From sequence record SRR22947725_2655: a DNA stretch of 39,583 nt; one strand, 5' to 3'. Below, piece by piece: positions 1 through 10,897 of the stretch (its first letter is position 1; every line of letters begins with the position of its first letter). Made by a program: the position numbers and the translations under genes. The notes under the pieces are model-generated. The model had not been told where the DNA came from. It ran no database searches and was given only the letters and a program-made list of their open reading frames with translations.

Positions 1-1
1 T

Positions 2-1411
2 TTTTATACTTCAACAGTTTATGAAAAAGGCGCTGAAGTTATTCGCATGATCCATTCGATATTGGGAGAAGAGGGGTTTCAAAGAGGGATGAAATTATAT
101 TTTGAAAGGCATGATGGGGACGCAGTAACTATAGATGATTTTGTAGCGAGCATGGCGAATGCAAATGATAAAAATTTTGAAAGTTTCATGCTTTGGTATT
201 CACAAGCTGGGACCCCTGAAGTGATTGTCGAAGATGACTATGATGAAAATAATCAAACTTATAGCGCCACCTTTACGCAAAAAAATCAAAAAACCCCCTA
301 CATGATTCCAAATCAGTTTGGGTTAATTGATAAAGACGGAGAGGAGATTGAATCTGGCCTTATCATTTTTGATGAACTTGTTAAAACAATTTCATTTAAC
401 AATATAAAGAGCAAGCCAATTCCTTCATGGTTTCGTGGTTTTTCAGCGCCAATTAAATTTACTTTAGATCTTTCAATACAAAACAAAATATATCTTGCTT
501 CATCTGATACTGATCCATTTAATCGTTGGGATAGTGCTCAAAACTTATGGCTGGAGTACATACTTAATCCAGATAAAGTTATTGAGAAGGATTTATTTCA
601 AATGATTAAAAATCTTATTAATAATGAATCTGACTATTCACTTCTATCTGAAATGATTAGTCTGCCATCAGAGCAAATTATCCATCAAAATGTTGGAAAA
701 ATTAATGTCCAGCAAGTCCATAACCAGCGTAGTCAATCGATTCTTTCTATTGCAAGCACTCTTAAAGACGAGCTATTAGAGTTGTATGATCAATTAAACG
801 CTCCTAAAGCTTTTGATTTGTCGACACAATCGATAGGCGAAAGGGCACTCAAAAATAAATGCTTGAGTTATTTATCAAAACTGGGTGAGTATGATATTGC
901 TTATCAACAATTCATTAAAGCAGAATGTATGACTGATCAGTTTGGGTCATTTCAGTGCCTTCTGGACTCTGAAAACCCATATAGAGTTGATGTCATTACT
1001 CAGTTTTATAAGCAGCATCAGTCAGATGTTCAGGTGATGGATAAATGGTTTAGTGCACAGTGTATTTCATCGGTCTCATCAGTAGAGAATGTTAGAAACT
1101 TAATGCAGCATGAATTATTCTCTATGAAAAATCCAAATAGAATACGCTCAGTGATTGGCTCTTTCAGCCAAAACAGTATCCAATTTCATTGCCAAGAGGG
1201 TTATCAGCTTTTAACTGAGGTTATAATTGAGCTTGATCAACTAAACCCTCAAATTGCTGCAAGGTTTGCTGGAATTTATAATCATTGGAGAAGGTTTACA
1301 GCTCAATACTCTAAGCTTCAAGAGAGCCAACTCAATTCAATTATCCAGAGTGATAATCTTTCAAAGGATGTTTATGAGATTATTCATTCTGCGTTAAAAG
1401 GTAAAGCTTAA
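2..1411 (+). CDS. pepN: Aminopeptidase N, 5'-truncated by the window edge
   Basis: The frame is open from position 2 (FYTSTVYEKGAEVIRM, a PepN motif). The C-terminal region carries the DKWF and NPNRIRS motifs. Confidence 0.95.
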   Translation, partial: FYTSTVYEKGAEVIRMIHSILGEEGFQRGMKLYFERHDGDAVTIDDFVASMANANDKNFESFMLWYSQAGTPEVIVEDDYDENNQTYSATFTQKNQKTPYMIPNQFGLIDKDGEEIESGLIIFDELVKTISFNNIKSKPIPSWFRGFSAPIKFTLDLSIQNKIYLASSDTDPFNRWDSAQNLWLEYILNPDKVIEKDLFQMIKNLINNESDYSLLSEMISLPSEQIIHQNVGKINVQQVHNQRSQSILSIASTLKDELLELYDQLNAPKAFDLSTQSIGERALKNKCLSYLSKLGEYDIAYQQFIKAECMTDQFGSFQCLLDSENPYRVDVITQFYKQHQSDVQVMDKWFSAQCISSVSSVENVRNLMQHELFSMKNPNRIRSVIGSFSQNSIQFHCQEGYQLLTEVIIELDQLNPQIAARFAGIYNHWRRFTAQYSKLQESQLNSIIQSDNLSKDVYEIIHSALKGKA

Positions 1412-1884
1412 TGTCCTATTTAAAAGCTAAGCATTTGAGCGAATTAATGCTTTCAAATCAATTTACTATTGCTCTAGCAGAGTCATGTACAGGTGGCTCT
1501 TTATCGAGCTCTTTAACCTCAATTGCTGGCGCATCATCATATTTTAATTGTGGCTTTATAACTTATAGTAATGAGTCAAAGGTCAGCATGCTTGGGGTTG
1601 ATCCAAAAACAATTGAGTTATTTGGCGCTGTAAGTGAAAAAGTTGCCTTTGAAATGGCTTTTGGAGCAGGTGATAAATCTAATAGTAATCTATCCATTGC
1701 CGTTACAGGAATTGCTGGTCCATCTGGAGGCACTGCTGAAAAACCGGTAGGCATGGTCTGCTTTGGTTTTTTTATTAATGGAAGCGTTGAAACGACCACT
1801 CAATTTTTCTCTGGTGCCCGTTCAGAGATTGTCTCGCAAAGTATTGCCTTTGCATTAGAAGAGTTATCATCAAAAATCGAATGA
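1411..1884 (+). CDS. pncC: CinA C-terminal-domain protein (NMN deamidase, PncC family)
   Basis: AESCTGG, TYSN and TGIAGP motifs in a stand-alone 157 aa domain. Confidence 0.85.
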   Translation: MSYLKAKHLSELMLSNQFTIALAESCTGGSLSSSLTSIAGASSYFNCGFITYSNESKVSMLGVDPKTIELFGAVSEKVAFEMAFGAGDKSNSNLSIAVTGIAGPSGGTAEKPVGMVCFGFFINGSVETTTQFFSGARSEIVSQSIAFALEELSSKIE

Positions 1885-2858
1885 ATGCTTCAAAAGTCTC
1901 CATCGCCCCTATGATGGATTGGACCGATAAGCATTGTCGGTACTTTTATCGTCTAATCAGTAAAAATGTTCAGCTCTATACTGAAATGATAACAACAAAA
2001 GCAATCCTCAATGGAGATAAAAGTCGACTTTTAGACTTTGATGCTAGTGAAAATCCTCTCGTTCTTCAGCTTGGGGGAAGTGACCCAAAAGAGATGGCCA
2101 CGTCCTCCATGATTGCTCAAGACTGGGGTTATAACGAAGTGAATATAAACGTTGGATGCCCATCAGACAGAGTGCAATCTGGAAGTTTTGGAGCTTGTCT
2201 CATGAAAGAGCCTAATCTTGTCGCCCAGTGCGTTGAAAGTATGACTGATAAGTGTGAAATTCCTGTGACAGTAAAACATAGAATAGGGATTGATGATATG
2301 GAGAGTTACGATGAGCTTTCTGACTTTGTGTTTCAAATAAGCACTAAGGGGTGCCAGCACTTTATAGTGCATGCACGTAAAGCCTGGCTTAAAGGATTAA
2401 GCCCAAAAGAAAATCGAACGATTCCTCCACTTAATTATGGATGGGTTTATCAACTAAAGAAAGACTTCCCTTCTTTACAAATAACTATTAATGGTGGTAT
2501 TGAAAGTTGTGAGGATATAACAAAGCACCTTAGGCTTGTTGATGGCGTCATGATGGGGCGCTCAATCTATCATAATCCATATTTGCTTAAAGAGATAGAT
2601 CAAAGAATATTTGATGAAAAAAACAATTTGATAGATCGAGAGCAAGTTTTGAAAAAATATATGACCTACATTAAAAAACAAAATAAAACTGGCACCCCAA
2701 TTCGCTCTATGACTCGCCATATACTGGGCTTATATCATGGTGAAGCCAATGCTAAGTTATTCAGAAGATTATTAAGTGGACAAATTGTTGGTCTAGAACA
2801 GTTGAATGATTGGCTTGATTTTAAAAAAAATAGTTCAACTGAGATTAAAAGCTTTTAA
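1881..2858 (+). CDS. dusA: tRNA dihydrouridine(20/20a) synthase
   Basis: APMMDWTD, NINVGCPSDRV and HARKAWLKGLSPKENR motifs are typical of DusA. Confidence 0.93.
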   Translation: MNASKVSIAPMMDWTDKHCRYFYRLISKNVQLYTEMITTKAILNGDKSRLLDFDASENPLVLQLGGSDPKEMATSSMIAQDWGYNEVNINVGCPSDRVQSGSFGACLMKEPNLVAQCVESMTDKCEIPVTVKHRIGIDDMESYDELSDFVFQISTKGCQHFIVHARKAWLKGLSPKENRTIPPLNYGWVYQLKKDFPSLQITINGGIESCEDITKHLRLVDGVMMGRSIYHNPYLLKEIDQRIFDEKNNLIDREQVLKKYMTYIKKQNKTGTPIRSMTRHILGLYHGEANAKLFRRLLSGQIVGLEQLNDWLDFKKNSSTEIKSF

Positions 2859-2863
2859 TAGTT

Positions 2864-2872
2864 TGGTAAAAT
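2864..2872 (+). promoter_or_regulatory. Candidate extended -10 promoter (TG-G-TAAAAT) for ftsA-lpxC
   Basis: TGnTAAAAT lies 26 nt upstream of the ftsA ATG. The AT-rich context lowers its specificity. Confidence 0.45.
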
Positions 2873-2898
2873 TTTATAAACTCTTTGACTAATTTAAA

Positions 2899-4116
2899 AT
2901 GGCAGGTAATCACTTTGTAGCAAGTATCGATATTGGCACAGAAAAGATTGCTTTGCTAGTTGCTGAAAAAGATGATGATGACCACCTAAGAATAATTGGT
3001 CATAACGTTTGCTCATCTAAAGGAGTCAGAAGAGGCTCTATTTTTTCAATTGATTCTCTATCAAGACAAATTACAAAATTAATTCAACAAACTCAAGAAA
3101 GTTTTGGAGTGGATTTGGCTTTGTTCCGCGTCAATATATCTGACACTCATTTAACCTGCATTGATGGAAAGGGAAAAGTTCCTGTCAATGAATTTGTCAG
3201 CTCAGAAGATTTGGAATCAGTTCTTGAGTCTGCGATGGCCATTTCAACACCCACTAATAAGGAAAAACTTCATATCATAAAAAAGAAGTTTACGATTAAT
3301 GAGTCAGTTGTTGTAGATAATCCAATGGACATGGAGGCGCAAGTTTTAGAGTCTAAAGTTCATATTGTTACTGTATCAAGTTCAAGTGTTAGGAATGTTG
3401 AAAACTGTCTAAAACAGAGTAATCTTGAGGTTGATAAAATTGTACTCAATTCAATCGCTAAATCTCAAGCAGTTCTGACTCAAGAAGAGAAAAATGGCGG
3501 CATATGCCTCCTTGATATCGGTGCGGGCGTAACAAGCTACTCAGTATTCCAAGAAGAGGGAATAGTGCATAGTGGAATTATTAAAATGGGCGGTGATGAG
3601 GTAACTCAAGAAATTGCCTATGCTTTTGATACCTCTTTAGAGGAAGCTAAAAGACTTAAAGAAAGTTATGGCTCTGCAAAATCAATATCTCAAAGTGAAG
3701 ATCAATTTATTGATTTCACCCAAGGGTCGAAAAAACAACATCAGCTCTCGAGTCTTGATTTGTCTGAAGTTATTGAAGAGGCTTATCTAGAGATTTTTCA
3801 AGCACTGAAGAATGAACTTAAGCACCACGATCTAGATACTATCATCAAGTCAGGCTTTGTTCTTTGTGGGGGTGGCTCTGAAATTAAATCAATAGATGAA
3901 CTTGTTAGAGGTTATTTCTCTAAAAGAGTTAAAATAGGAAAAATTCAAAGATCCAGAATATCAGGTTTAGAATCTTTACTTACAGACTATAAATACACTG
4001 GAAGTATTGGTCTTCTTTTGCACGAAGGAGATTTAAGTAAGGCTAAATTTATCGTTTCTAATGGAGATAATGGAGTGATGGGTAAATTAAAGAAAGCGAT
4101 TGTAGGTAATTTCTAA
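2899..4116 (+). CDS. ftsA: Cell division protein FtsA (divergent)
   Basis: Actin-fold motifs DIGTEKI, LLDIGAGVT and VLCGGGS, a 1C insert, and a C-terminal amphipathic helix (MGKLKKAIVGNF). Confidence 0.92.
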   Translation: MAGNHFVASIDIGTEKIALLVAEKDDDDHLRIIGHNVCSSKGVRRGSIFSIDSLSRQITKLIQQTQESFGVDLALFRVNISDTHLTCIDGKGKVPVNEFVSSEDLESVLESAMAISTPTNKEKLHIIKKKFTINESVVVDNPMDMEAQVLESKVHIVTVSSSSVRNVENCLKQSNLEVDKIVLNSIAKSQAVLTQEEKNGGICLLDIGAGVTSYSVFQEEGIVHSGIIKMGGDEVTQEIAYAFDTSLEEAKRLKESYGSAKSISQSEDQFIDFTQGSKKQHQLSSLDLSEVIEEAYLEIFQALKNELKHHDLDTIIKSGFVLCGGGSEIKSIDELVRGYFSKRVKIGKIQRSRISGLESLLTDYKYTGSIGLLLHEGDLSKAKFIVSNGDNGVMGKLKKAIVGNF

Positions 4117-4119
4117 TTA

Positions 4120-5031
4120 ATGATTAAACAAAGAACAATTAAAAAAATAGTTAGAGCTCGTGGTGTTGGTATCCATAGTGGAAAGGTAGTCAATTTAACA
4201 TTGATTCCAGCTGCAGAAGATCATGGCGTTGTCTTTAAAAGATTAGATGCTGGAGGCAAGCAGGTTCATGCGCATAGTGCTTTTGTTAACGAGGTAGTTT
4301 TATCAACCGGCCTTGAAAATCAAGGCGTCAAAGTATCTACAATTGAACATTTAATGTCAGCTCTTTCGGCACTTGGCGTCGATAACTTGTTGGTCGAGCT
4401 TGATTCATTCGAAGTTCCGATTATGGACGGTTCATCTGCGCCATTTGTTTTTTTAGTTCAGTCTGCAGGAATTGAAGAGCAGGAAGCTCCAAAAAGATTT
4501 ATTGTTATTAAAGATAATGTAAGAGTTGAGAATGGTGAATCATGGGCACAAGTTTCGCCTCACAATGGTTTTAAGGTGACATTAGAAATTGATTTTGATC
4601 ACAAAAAGATAAAAGAGAGTGGGCAAAAGTTAACGATTGATTTTTCAGAGCAGTCTTACTTAAAGGAAATATCTAGAGCAAGAACATTCGGTTATGAAAG
4701 AGATGTTGAAATGCTTCAAAAACAAAATCTTGCATTAGGAGCAAGTAAAGATAATGCAATTGCTCTTTCAGATGACGACATTCTCAATGAAGATGGTATG
4801 CGTTATCATAACGAATTTGTGAAACATAAAATTTTAGATATTGTGGGAGATCTTTTCCTTTTAGGGGGTAATGTAATAGGCCACTACGAAGGCTATAGAA
4901 CAGGTCATATGCTCAATGATCAATTACTTTCAGCCATTCTTTCCCAGCCAGATGCTTTTAGTATTGAAACTTTTGAAGAAGCAGACTCTCCAATACAATT
5001 TTATTCTGAAGATTGGCAAAACGACCTTTAA
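4120..5031 (+). CDS. lpxC: UDP-3-O-acyl-N-acetylglucosamine deacetylase
   Basis: MIKQRT N-terminus, plus [17 protein letters not shown] and [10 protein letters not shown] motifs. Confidence 0.97.
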   Translation: MIKQRTIKKIVRARGVGIHSGKVVNLTLIPAAEDHGVVFKRLDAGGKQVHAHSAFVNEVVLSTGLENQGVKVSTIEHLMSALSALGVDNLLVELDSFEVPIMDGSSAPFVFLVQSAGIEEQEAPKRFIVIKDNVRVENGESWAQVSPHNGFKVTLEIDFDHKKIKESGQKLTIDFSEQSYLKEISRARTFGYERDVEMLQKQNLALGASKDNAIALSDDDILNEDGMRYHNEFVKHKILDIVGDLFLLGGNVIGHYEGYRTGHMLNDQLLSAILSQPDAFSIETFEEADSPIQFYSEDWQNDL

Positions 5032-5118
5032 TAAAACAATTTATTTATACTCTCTTTACCCTTATTCTAAAAGCAAATCTGCTAGCAACATAGTCTTTTA
5101 TGAGTTAAATTCTTTGGG

Positions 5119-5124
5119 TATAAT
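5119..5124 (+). promoter_or_regulatory. Candidate -10 box (TATAAT) for ilvIHC
   Basis: A perfect TATAAT lies 29 nt upstream of the ilvI ATG. Confidence 0.5.
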
Positions 5125-5153
5125 CGAAAACTTTTAAATCACTGTTATTAGCG

Positions 5154-6887
5154 ATGGAATTAAATGGCGCTGAAATACTTATAGACTGTCTTCAAAAAGA
5201 GGGTGTTGAGCATGTTTTTGGATACCCTGGGGGAGCTGTCCTTCATATCTATGATGCATTAGAAGCACAGGATAAAATTACCCATGTTCTTGTACGTCAT
5301 GAGCAGGGTGCTGCCCATGGAGCAGATGGCTATGCAAGAACTAATGGTAAGCCAGGTGTGGTTTTGGTGACTTCAGGCCCTGGAATCACTAATGCTGTTA
5401 CAGGAATTGCAACTGCGCATATGGACTCGATACCTATGGTTGTTATTTCTGGTCAAGTTCCCTCTCCACTAATTGGTATGGATGCTTTTCAAGAAGTTGA
5501 TGCTACTGGCATTACACGCTCATGCGTAAAACATAATTTTTTAGTTAGAGATATTAGTGAAATTGCCACTACTGTTAAAAAAGCTTTTCATATTGCGACG
5601 ACTGGCAGACCTGGACCAGTCGTTATAGATATTCCTAAAGACATTACGATTGCAAAAATGGAGCAGGAAGAATATCCAGAATCAATTGAAATCCGCTCTT
5701 ATAAGCCAACCACAAAACCGAGTAGTCGTCAAATTAGAAAGGCGGCTGAACTCATTACAAAGTCAAAAAAACCTATTCTTTATGCTGGTGGTGGTTGTGT
5801 TATCGGTAACGCTTCAGAGGAGCTTCGTGAATTTACACGTATGCTTGGATTCCCCATTACTCAGACTCTTATGGGTTTGGGAGCTTATCCGATGACTGAT
5901 AAGCAATCACTTGGAATGCTTGGAATGCATGGGACCTATGAAGCTAACATGGCGATGCATGGATCTGACTGTGTTGTTGCAATTGGTGCTCGATTTGATG
6001 ATAGGATTACAGGAAATTTAGAGAAATTTTGTCCAACTGCAAAATTCATTCATATTGATATTGATCCTTCACAAATTTCAAAAAATGTTGTTGCTGATAT
6101 TCCAATTGTTGGACAAACAAAACAAGTTCTTCAAGCGTTAACTGATGAATTAAAAGATAAGCAGCTTGATGATTTTTCAAAATGGTGGTCTCAAATTGAA
6201 GACTGGAGAAAAGTTGATTCTCTGGCTTATGCTAAATCTCCGGGAGTTATTAAGCCTCAGTCAGTTATCGAGGCGCTATATGAGGTCACAAAAGGAAAGG
6301 CTATAGTGACTTCAGATGTTGGACAACACCAAATGTGGGCCGCACAATATTATCCTTTTGATGAGCCAAGACAGTGGATTAACTCTGGTGGCCTAGGAAC
6401 CATGGGTTTTGGATTGCCAGCAGCAATGGGAGCAAAGCTTGCTATGCCAGAAAAAGATGTTGCCTGTGTGACGGGTGAAGGAAGCATACAAATGATGCTT
6501 CAAGAGCTCTCAACGATGCTTCAATACGCAACCCCAGTTAAGATTGTTAATCTTAATAATGGATATTTAGGAATGGTTAGACAATGGCAAGAGTTTTTTT
6601 ATGAAAAGCGTTATGCAATGTCCTATATGGATGCATTGCCAGACTTTGTTAAGCTTGCTGAAAGTTATGGACATATTGGAATTAAAGTTTCAAAAGAAGA
6701 GGATTTAAAGCCCGCCTTAATTGAAGCTTTTAATCAAAAAGATCGAACTGTTTTTCTTGATATTATTACTGATCCTTCAGAAAATGTATTCCCAATGATT
6801 CCTGCTGGTGGCGCACACTGTGATATGTTGTTAGCAGGTAGGGATGAAATGGTATCTAAAGATGAAACAGATTTTAATGCGGTGTAG
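5154..6887 (+). CDS. ilvI: Acetolactate synthase large subunit
   Basis: FGYPGGAVL, RHEQGA and SGGLGTMGFG motifs, and the TPP-binding GEGS...NN motif. Confidence 0.96.
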   Translation: MELNGAEILIDCLQKEGVEHVFGYPGGAVLHIYDALEAQDKITHVLVRHEQGAAHGADGYARTNGKPGVVLVTSGPGITNAVTGIATAHMDSIPMVVISGQVPSPLIGMDAFQEVDATGITRSCVKHNFLVRDISEIATTVKKAFHIATTGRPGPVVIDIPKDITIAKMEQEEYPESIEIRSYKPTTKPSSRQIRKAAELITKSKKPILYAGGGCVIGNASEELREFTRMLGFPITQTLMGLGAYPMTDKQSLGMLGMHGTYEANMAMHGSDCVVAIGARFDDRITGNLEKFCPTAKFIHIDIDPSQISKNVVADIPIVGQTKQVLQALTDELKDKQLDDFSKWWSQIEDWRKVDSLAYAKSPGVIKPQSVIEALYEVTKGKAIVTSDVGQHQMWAAQYYPFDEPRQWINSGGLGTMGFGLPAAMGAKLAMPEKDVACVTGEGSIQMMLQELSTMLQYATPVKIVNLNNGYLGMVRQWQEFFYEKRYAMSYMDALPDFVKLAESYGHIGIKVSKEEDLKPALIEAFNQKDRTVFLDIITDPSENVFPMIPAGGAHCDMLLAGRDEMVSKDETDFNAV

Positions 6888-6890
6888 TTT

Positions 6891-7376
6891 ATGAGACATA
6901 TTATTTCAGTTATATTAGAAGATGAAGCTGGTGCTCTGTCAAGAGTTGCAGGTCTTTTTACCCAACGTGGTTTTAATATTGAGTCACTTACCGTAGCTCA
7001 AACGAATGATCCAACGCTCTCAAGAATGACAATTGTATCCTCAGGAAGTGAGCGTGTACTAGAGCAGATTGTAAAGCAACTTAATAAACTCATTGAAGTA
7101 GTTAAAGTGAGTGATTTGACGAGTCAGGATCATGTTGAGAGGGAGTTAATGCTTGCAAAAATATCATCAACTTCTAAAGAGGGTGTTGACTTAAAGGAGC
7201 TGGTGGAAATCTTTGGCTGTAAAGTGGTTGATGTAAAAGATAAGATATACACCATAGAAGTATCAGGAAAGACAAAAAAAATTAATGCATTTTTGGATGC
7301 AATAGAGCCATCAAATATTATTGAAATCTCAAGGACCGGAGTTACTGGGATTTCAAGAGGAAAAAAACTAATCTAA
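6891..7376 (+). CDS. ilvH: Acetolactate synthase small regulatory subunit
   Basis: ACT domain (GALSRVAGLFTQRGFNIESL), located between ilvI and ilvC. Confidence 0.96.
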   Translation: MRHIISVILEDEAGALSRVAGLFTQRGFNIESLTVAQTNDPTLSRMTIVSSGSERVLEQIVKQLNKLIEVVKVSDLTSQDHVERELMLAKISSTSKEGVDLKELVEIFGCKVVDVKDKIYTIEVSGKTKKINAFLDAIEPSNIIEISRTGVTGISRGKKLI

Positions 7377-8396
<1,020 letters not shown>

Positions 8397-8430
8397 AACT
8401 AAGTAATTATGTCATCTTTTTTAAAAAGTC

Positions 8431-9189
8431 ATGACTGAAAAAATACCAACCAAAAGAGGAATTTACCTACTGCCAAGCGTTTTAACAACGTTTGGTATGT
8501 TTGCTGGATTCTATTCAATTATCTCATCAATCAATGGTGAATTCACCATAGCTGCTATTTCAATAATGATTGCTATGATGTGGGATACACTTGATGGTCG
8601 TGTAGCTCGACTTACAAATACTCAAAGTGCATTTGGTGCTGAATATGACTCACTTGCAGATTTGGTGTCATTTGGTTTAGCCCCAGCTCTTTTGGTTTAT
8701 GAGTGGTCGCTAAATGAACTAGGAAGGTTTGGTTGGCTCGCTGCCTTTGTGTATTTAGCTTGTGCAGCTTTAAGACTTGCTAGATTTAATACTCAAGTTG
8801 GTATAGCTGATAAAAGGTTTTTTCAAGGACTGCCTTCACCTGCTGCTGCTGGCGTAATTGCTAGCATGATATGGCTTAAGATTTGGACATTTGCATCTTT
8901 TGATTCTGAGGTCATTTCTTTAGGGTATTACCTTGGTGCAGGTATTACAATCTTGTGTGGTATTTTGATGGTTAGTAACGTTCGATACTATAGTTTTAAA
9001 GAACTTGATTCTAAAAAAGCCTCATTCAGATTCCTTTTATTGATTGTTTTGAGTCTCATCATTTTGATGTATAAACCAAACATTATATTATTCACTGGGT
9101 TTTTTCTCTATTTGCTCTCTGGTCCTTTTATCACTATTACTGGACTCAATAAAAGGCGAATCGAGAAAAAACAAAGTAAAGGATCTTAA
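8431..9189 (+). CDS. pssA: CDP-diacylglycerol--serine O-phosphatidyltransferase
   Basis: CDP-alcohol phosphotransferase motif DTLDGRVAR...GAEYDSLAD, plus RLARFN and FQGLPSP. Confidence 0.93.
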   Translation: MTEKIPTKRGIYLLPSVLTTFGMFAGFYSIISSINGEFTIAAISIMIAMMWDTLDGRVARLTNTQSAFGAEYDSLADLVSFGLAPALLVYEWSLNELGRFGWLAAFVYLACAALRLARFNTQVGIADKRFFQGLPSPAAAGVIASMIWLKIWTFASFDSEVISLGYYLGAGITILCGILMVSNVRYYSFKELDSKKASFRFLLLIVLSLIILMYKPNIILFTGFFLYLLSGPFITITGLNKRRIEKKQSKGS

Positions 9190-9196
9190 GTTCCTC

Positions 9197-9202
9197 TATA
9201 AT
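9197..9202 (+). promoter_or_regulatory. Candidate -10 box (TATAAT) for the leuA leader
   Basis: TATAAT ends 8 nt before the leader ATG at 9211. Confidence 0.5.
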
Positions 9203-9210
9203 CTACTCGT

Positions 9211-9285
9211 ATGAATAAAGTATTTAATTTATTAACTTCACTTTCACTGAGCAAGCTCTTTGCTTTGTTACGATTATTGCCGTAA
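9211..9285 (+). CDS. Leucine-rich leader peptide of leuA (MNKVFNLLTSLSLSKLFALLRLLP)
   Basis: A 24-codon ORF with 9 Leu codons, directly upstream of leuA. Its stop codon lies in the loop of a 9-bp hairpin. Confidence 0.75.
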   Translation: MNKVFNLLTSLSLSKLFALLRLLP

Positions 9286-9317
9286 GGCAATAATAATCAT
9301 AATAGACGAAGGTCTAT
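9273..9317 (+). promoter_or_regulatory. Two hairpins in the leuA leader
   Basis: ATTATTGCC-GTAA-GGCAATAAT at 9273-9294 (GNRA loop) and ATAGAC-GAAG-GTCTAT at 9302-9317. Neither is followed by a U-tract. Confidence 0.6.
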
Positions 9318-9362
9318 CACTACAACTTAAGATAAAATTCGGAAAAATAAAAGGAGCAAGCA

Positions 9363-10895
9363 ATGTCCGAAAAACTAATTATATTTGATACAACTTTAAG
9401 AGATGGAGAGCAATCACCTGGTGCATCAATGACCAAGGATGAAAAAGTTCGTATTGCCAAAAGTTTAGAAAAGATGAAGGTAGATGTTATTGAAGCTGGT
9501 TTTGCAATCGCCTCACAAGGCGATTTTGAAGCTGTTCAGGCGGTTGCTAAAGCGGTAAAAGATTCAACTATATGTTCACTAGCAAGAGCTCTCGATAAAG
9601 ATATTGATCGTGCAGGCGAATCTATTAAAAATGCAAACTCGTCTCGAATTCATACCTTTATAGCGACATCAGATATTCATATGAAAATGAAGCTCGGGAT
9701 GGCGCCTGATGAGGTTGTAAGCCAAGCAGTTCGTTCAGTAAAAAGAGCTACTAAGTTTACTGATAATATTGAGTTTAGTCCTGAAGATGCTGGTCGTTCA
9801 GATACGGATTTTCTTTGTAGAATTATAGAGGCTGCAATTAATGCAGGCGCTACTACTATTAATATTCCTGATACCGTTGGGTACAGTATTCCTTTCCAGT
9901 TTGGTAATACTATGAAAGAGCTGATAGAGCGAATTCCAAACTCTGATAAAGCTATCTTTTCGGCACACTGTCATAATGACTTAGGGCTCGCAGTTTCAAA
10001 TTCTCTGTCGGCTGTATTAAATGGTGCGAGACAAATAGAGTGCACGATTAATGGGCTAGGTGAAAGAGCAGGAAACACTTCCTTAGAAGAGGTTGTAATG
10101 GCTGTTCGAACAAGGCAGGATGTTTTTGGTTGCGATACTAATATCGATGCTACTGGGATTCTTGCTGCTTCTAGACTAGTTTCATCAATTACAGGTTTTG
10201 TGGTTCAGCCCAATAAAGCGATTGTCGGAGCGAATGCGTTTGCTCATGAAGCAGGCATTCATCAAGATGGCGTTCTAAAGCACAGAGAGACTTATGAAAT
10301 CATGAAGGCTGAAGATGTTGGATGGAATAATAACTCTCTAGTTTTGGGGAAGCATTCAGGGCGAAATGCCTTTAAATCAAGATTAAGCGAGTTAGGCGTT
10401 GAGTTTGAATCTGATGCAGCTCTCAATGATGCGTTTTCTAGATTTAAAACTTTGGCTGACAAGAAGCATGATATTTTCGATGAGGATCTTCAGGCACTTG
10501 TTTCAGAGGCTCAAACAGAGTCAACAGAAATTATTCGTTTAGTTTCACTAAAAGTTTCCGCTGAATCTGGAAAAGTAAATACTGCAAATGTAACACTTTC
10601 AATAAACGGTGATGAGCATAGTGCTTCAGCTTCAACCTCGGGAGCTGTTGACGCAACTTTTAATGCTGTCCTGTCCTTGGTTGATATAGATCCAAAACTT
10701 CAGCTGTATTCTGTTTCAAATGTGACTCAAGGAACAGATTCACTTGGAGAGGTTAATGTTCGTTTAGAACATGAAGGAAAAGTCTTTAATGGTCAAGGTG
10801 TTGATACCGATATTATTACCTCTTCAGCAAAGGCTTATGTTCATGCACTGAATAAAGTGATGGCAAATGTAGAGCGTGCACATCCACAAATATAA
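9363..10895 (+). CDS. leuA: 2-isopropylmalate synthase
   Basis: [24 protein letters not shown] and HEAGIHQDG motifs, a C-terminal regulatory domain, and an AAGGAG Shine-Dalgarno (SD) site. Confidence 0.98.
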   Translation: MSEKLIIFDTTLRDGEQSPGASMTKDEKVRIAKSLEKMKVDVIEAGFAIASQGDFEAVQAVAKAVKDSTICSLARALDKDIDRAGESIKNANSSRIHTFIATSDIHMKMKLGMAPDEVVSQAVRSVKRATKFTDNIEFSPEDAGRSDTDFLCRIIEAAINAGATTINIPDTVGYSIPFQFGNTMKELIERIPNSDKAIFSAHCHNDLGLAVSNSLSAVLNGARQIECTINGLGERAGNTSLEEVVMAVRTRQDVFGCDTNIDATGILAASRLVSSITGFVVQPNKAIVGANAFAHEAGIHQDGVLKHRETYEIMKAEDVGWNNNSLVLGKHSGRNAFKSRLSELGVEFESDAALNDAFSRFKTLADKKHDIFDEDLQALVSEAQTESTEIIRLVSLKVSAESGKVNTANVTLSINGDEHSASASTSGAVDATFNAVLSLVDIDPKLQLYSVSNVTQGTDSLGEVNVRLEHEGKVFNGQGVDTDIITSSAKAYVHALNKVMANVERAHPQI

Positions 10896-10897
10896 AG

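Noticed and set aside
4916-5153. 73-aa ORF or possible ilv attenuator upstream of ilvI
   Set aside because: It overlaps lpxC and has no Ile/Val/Leu control run with a terminator. A TATAAT at 5119 implies a UTR of only about 23 nt.
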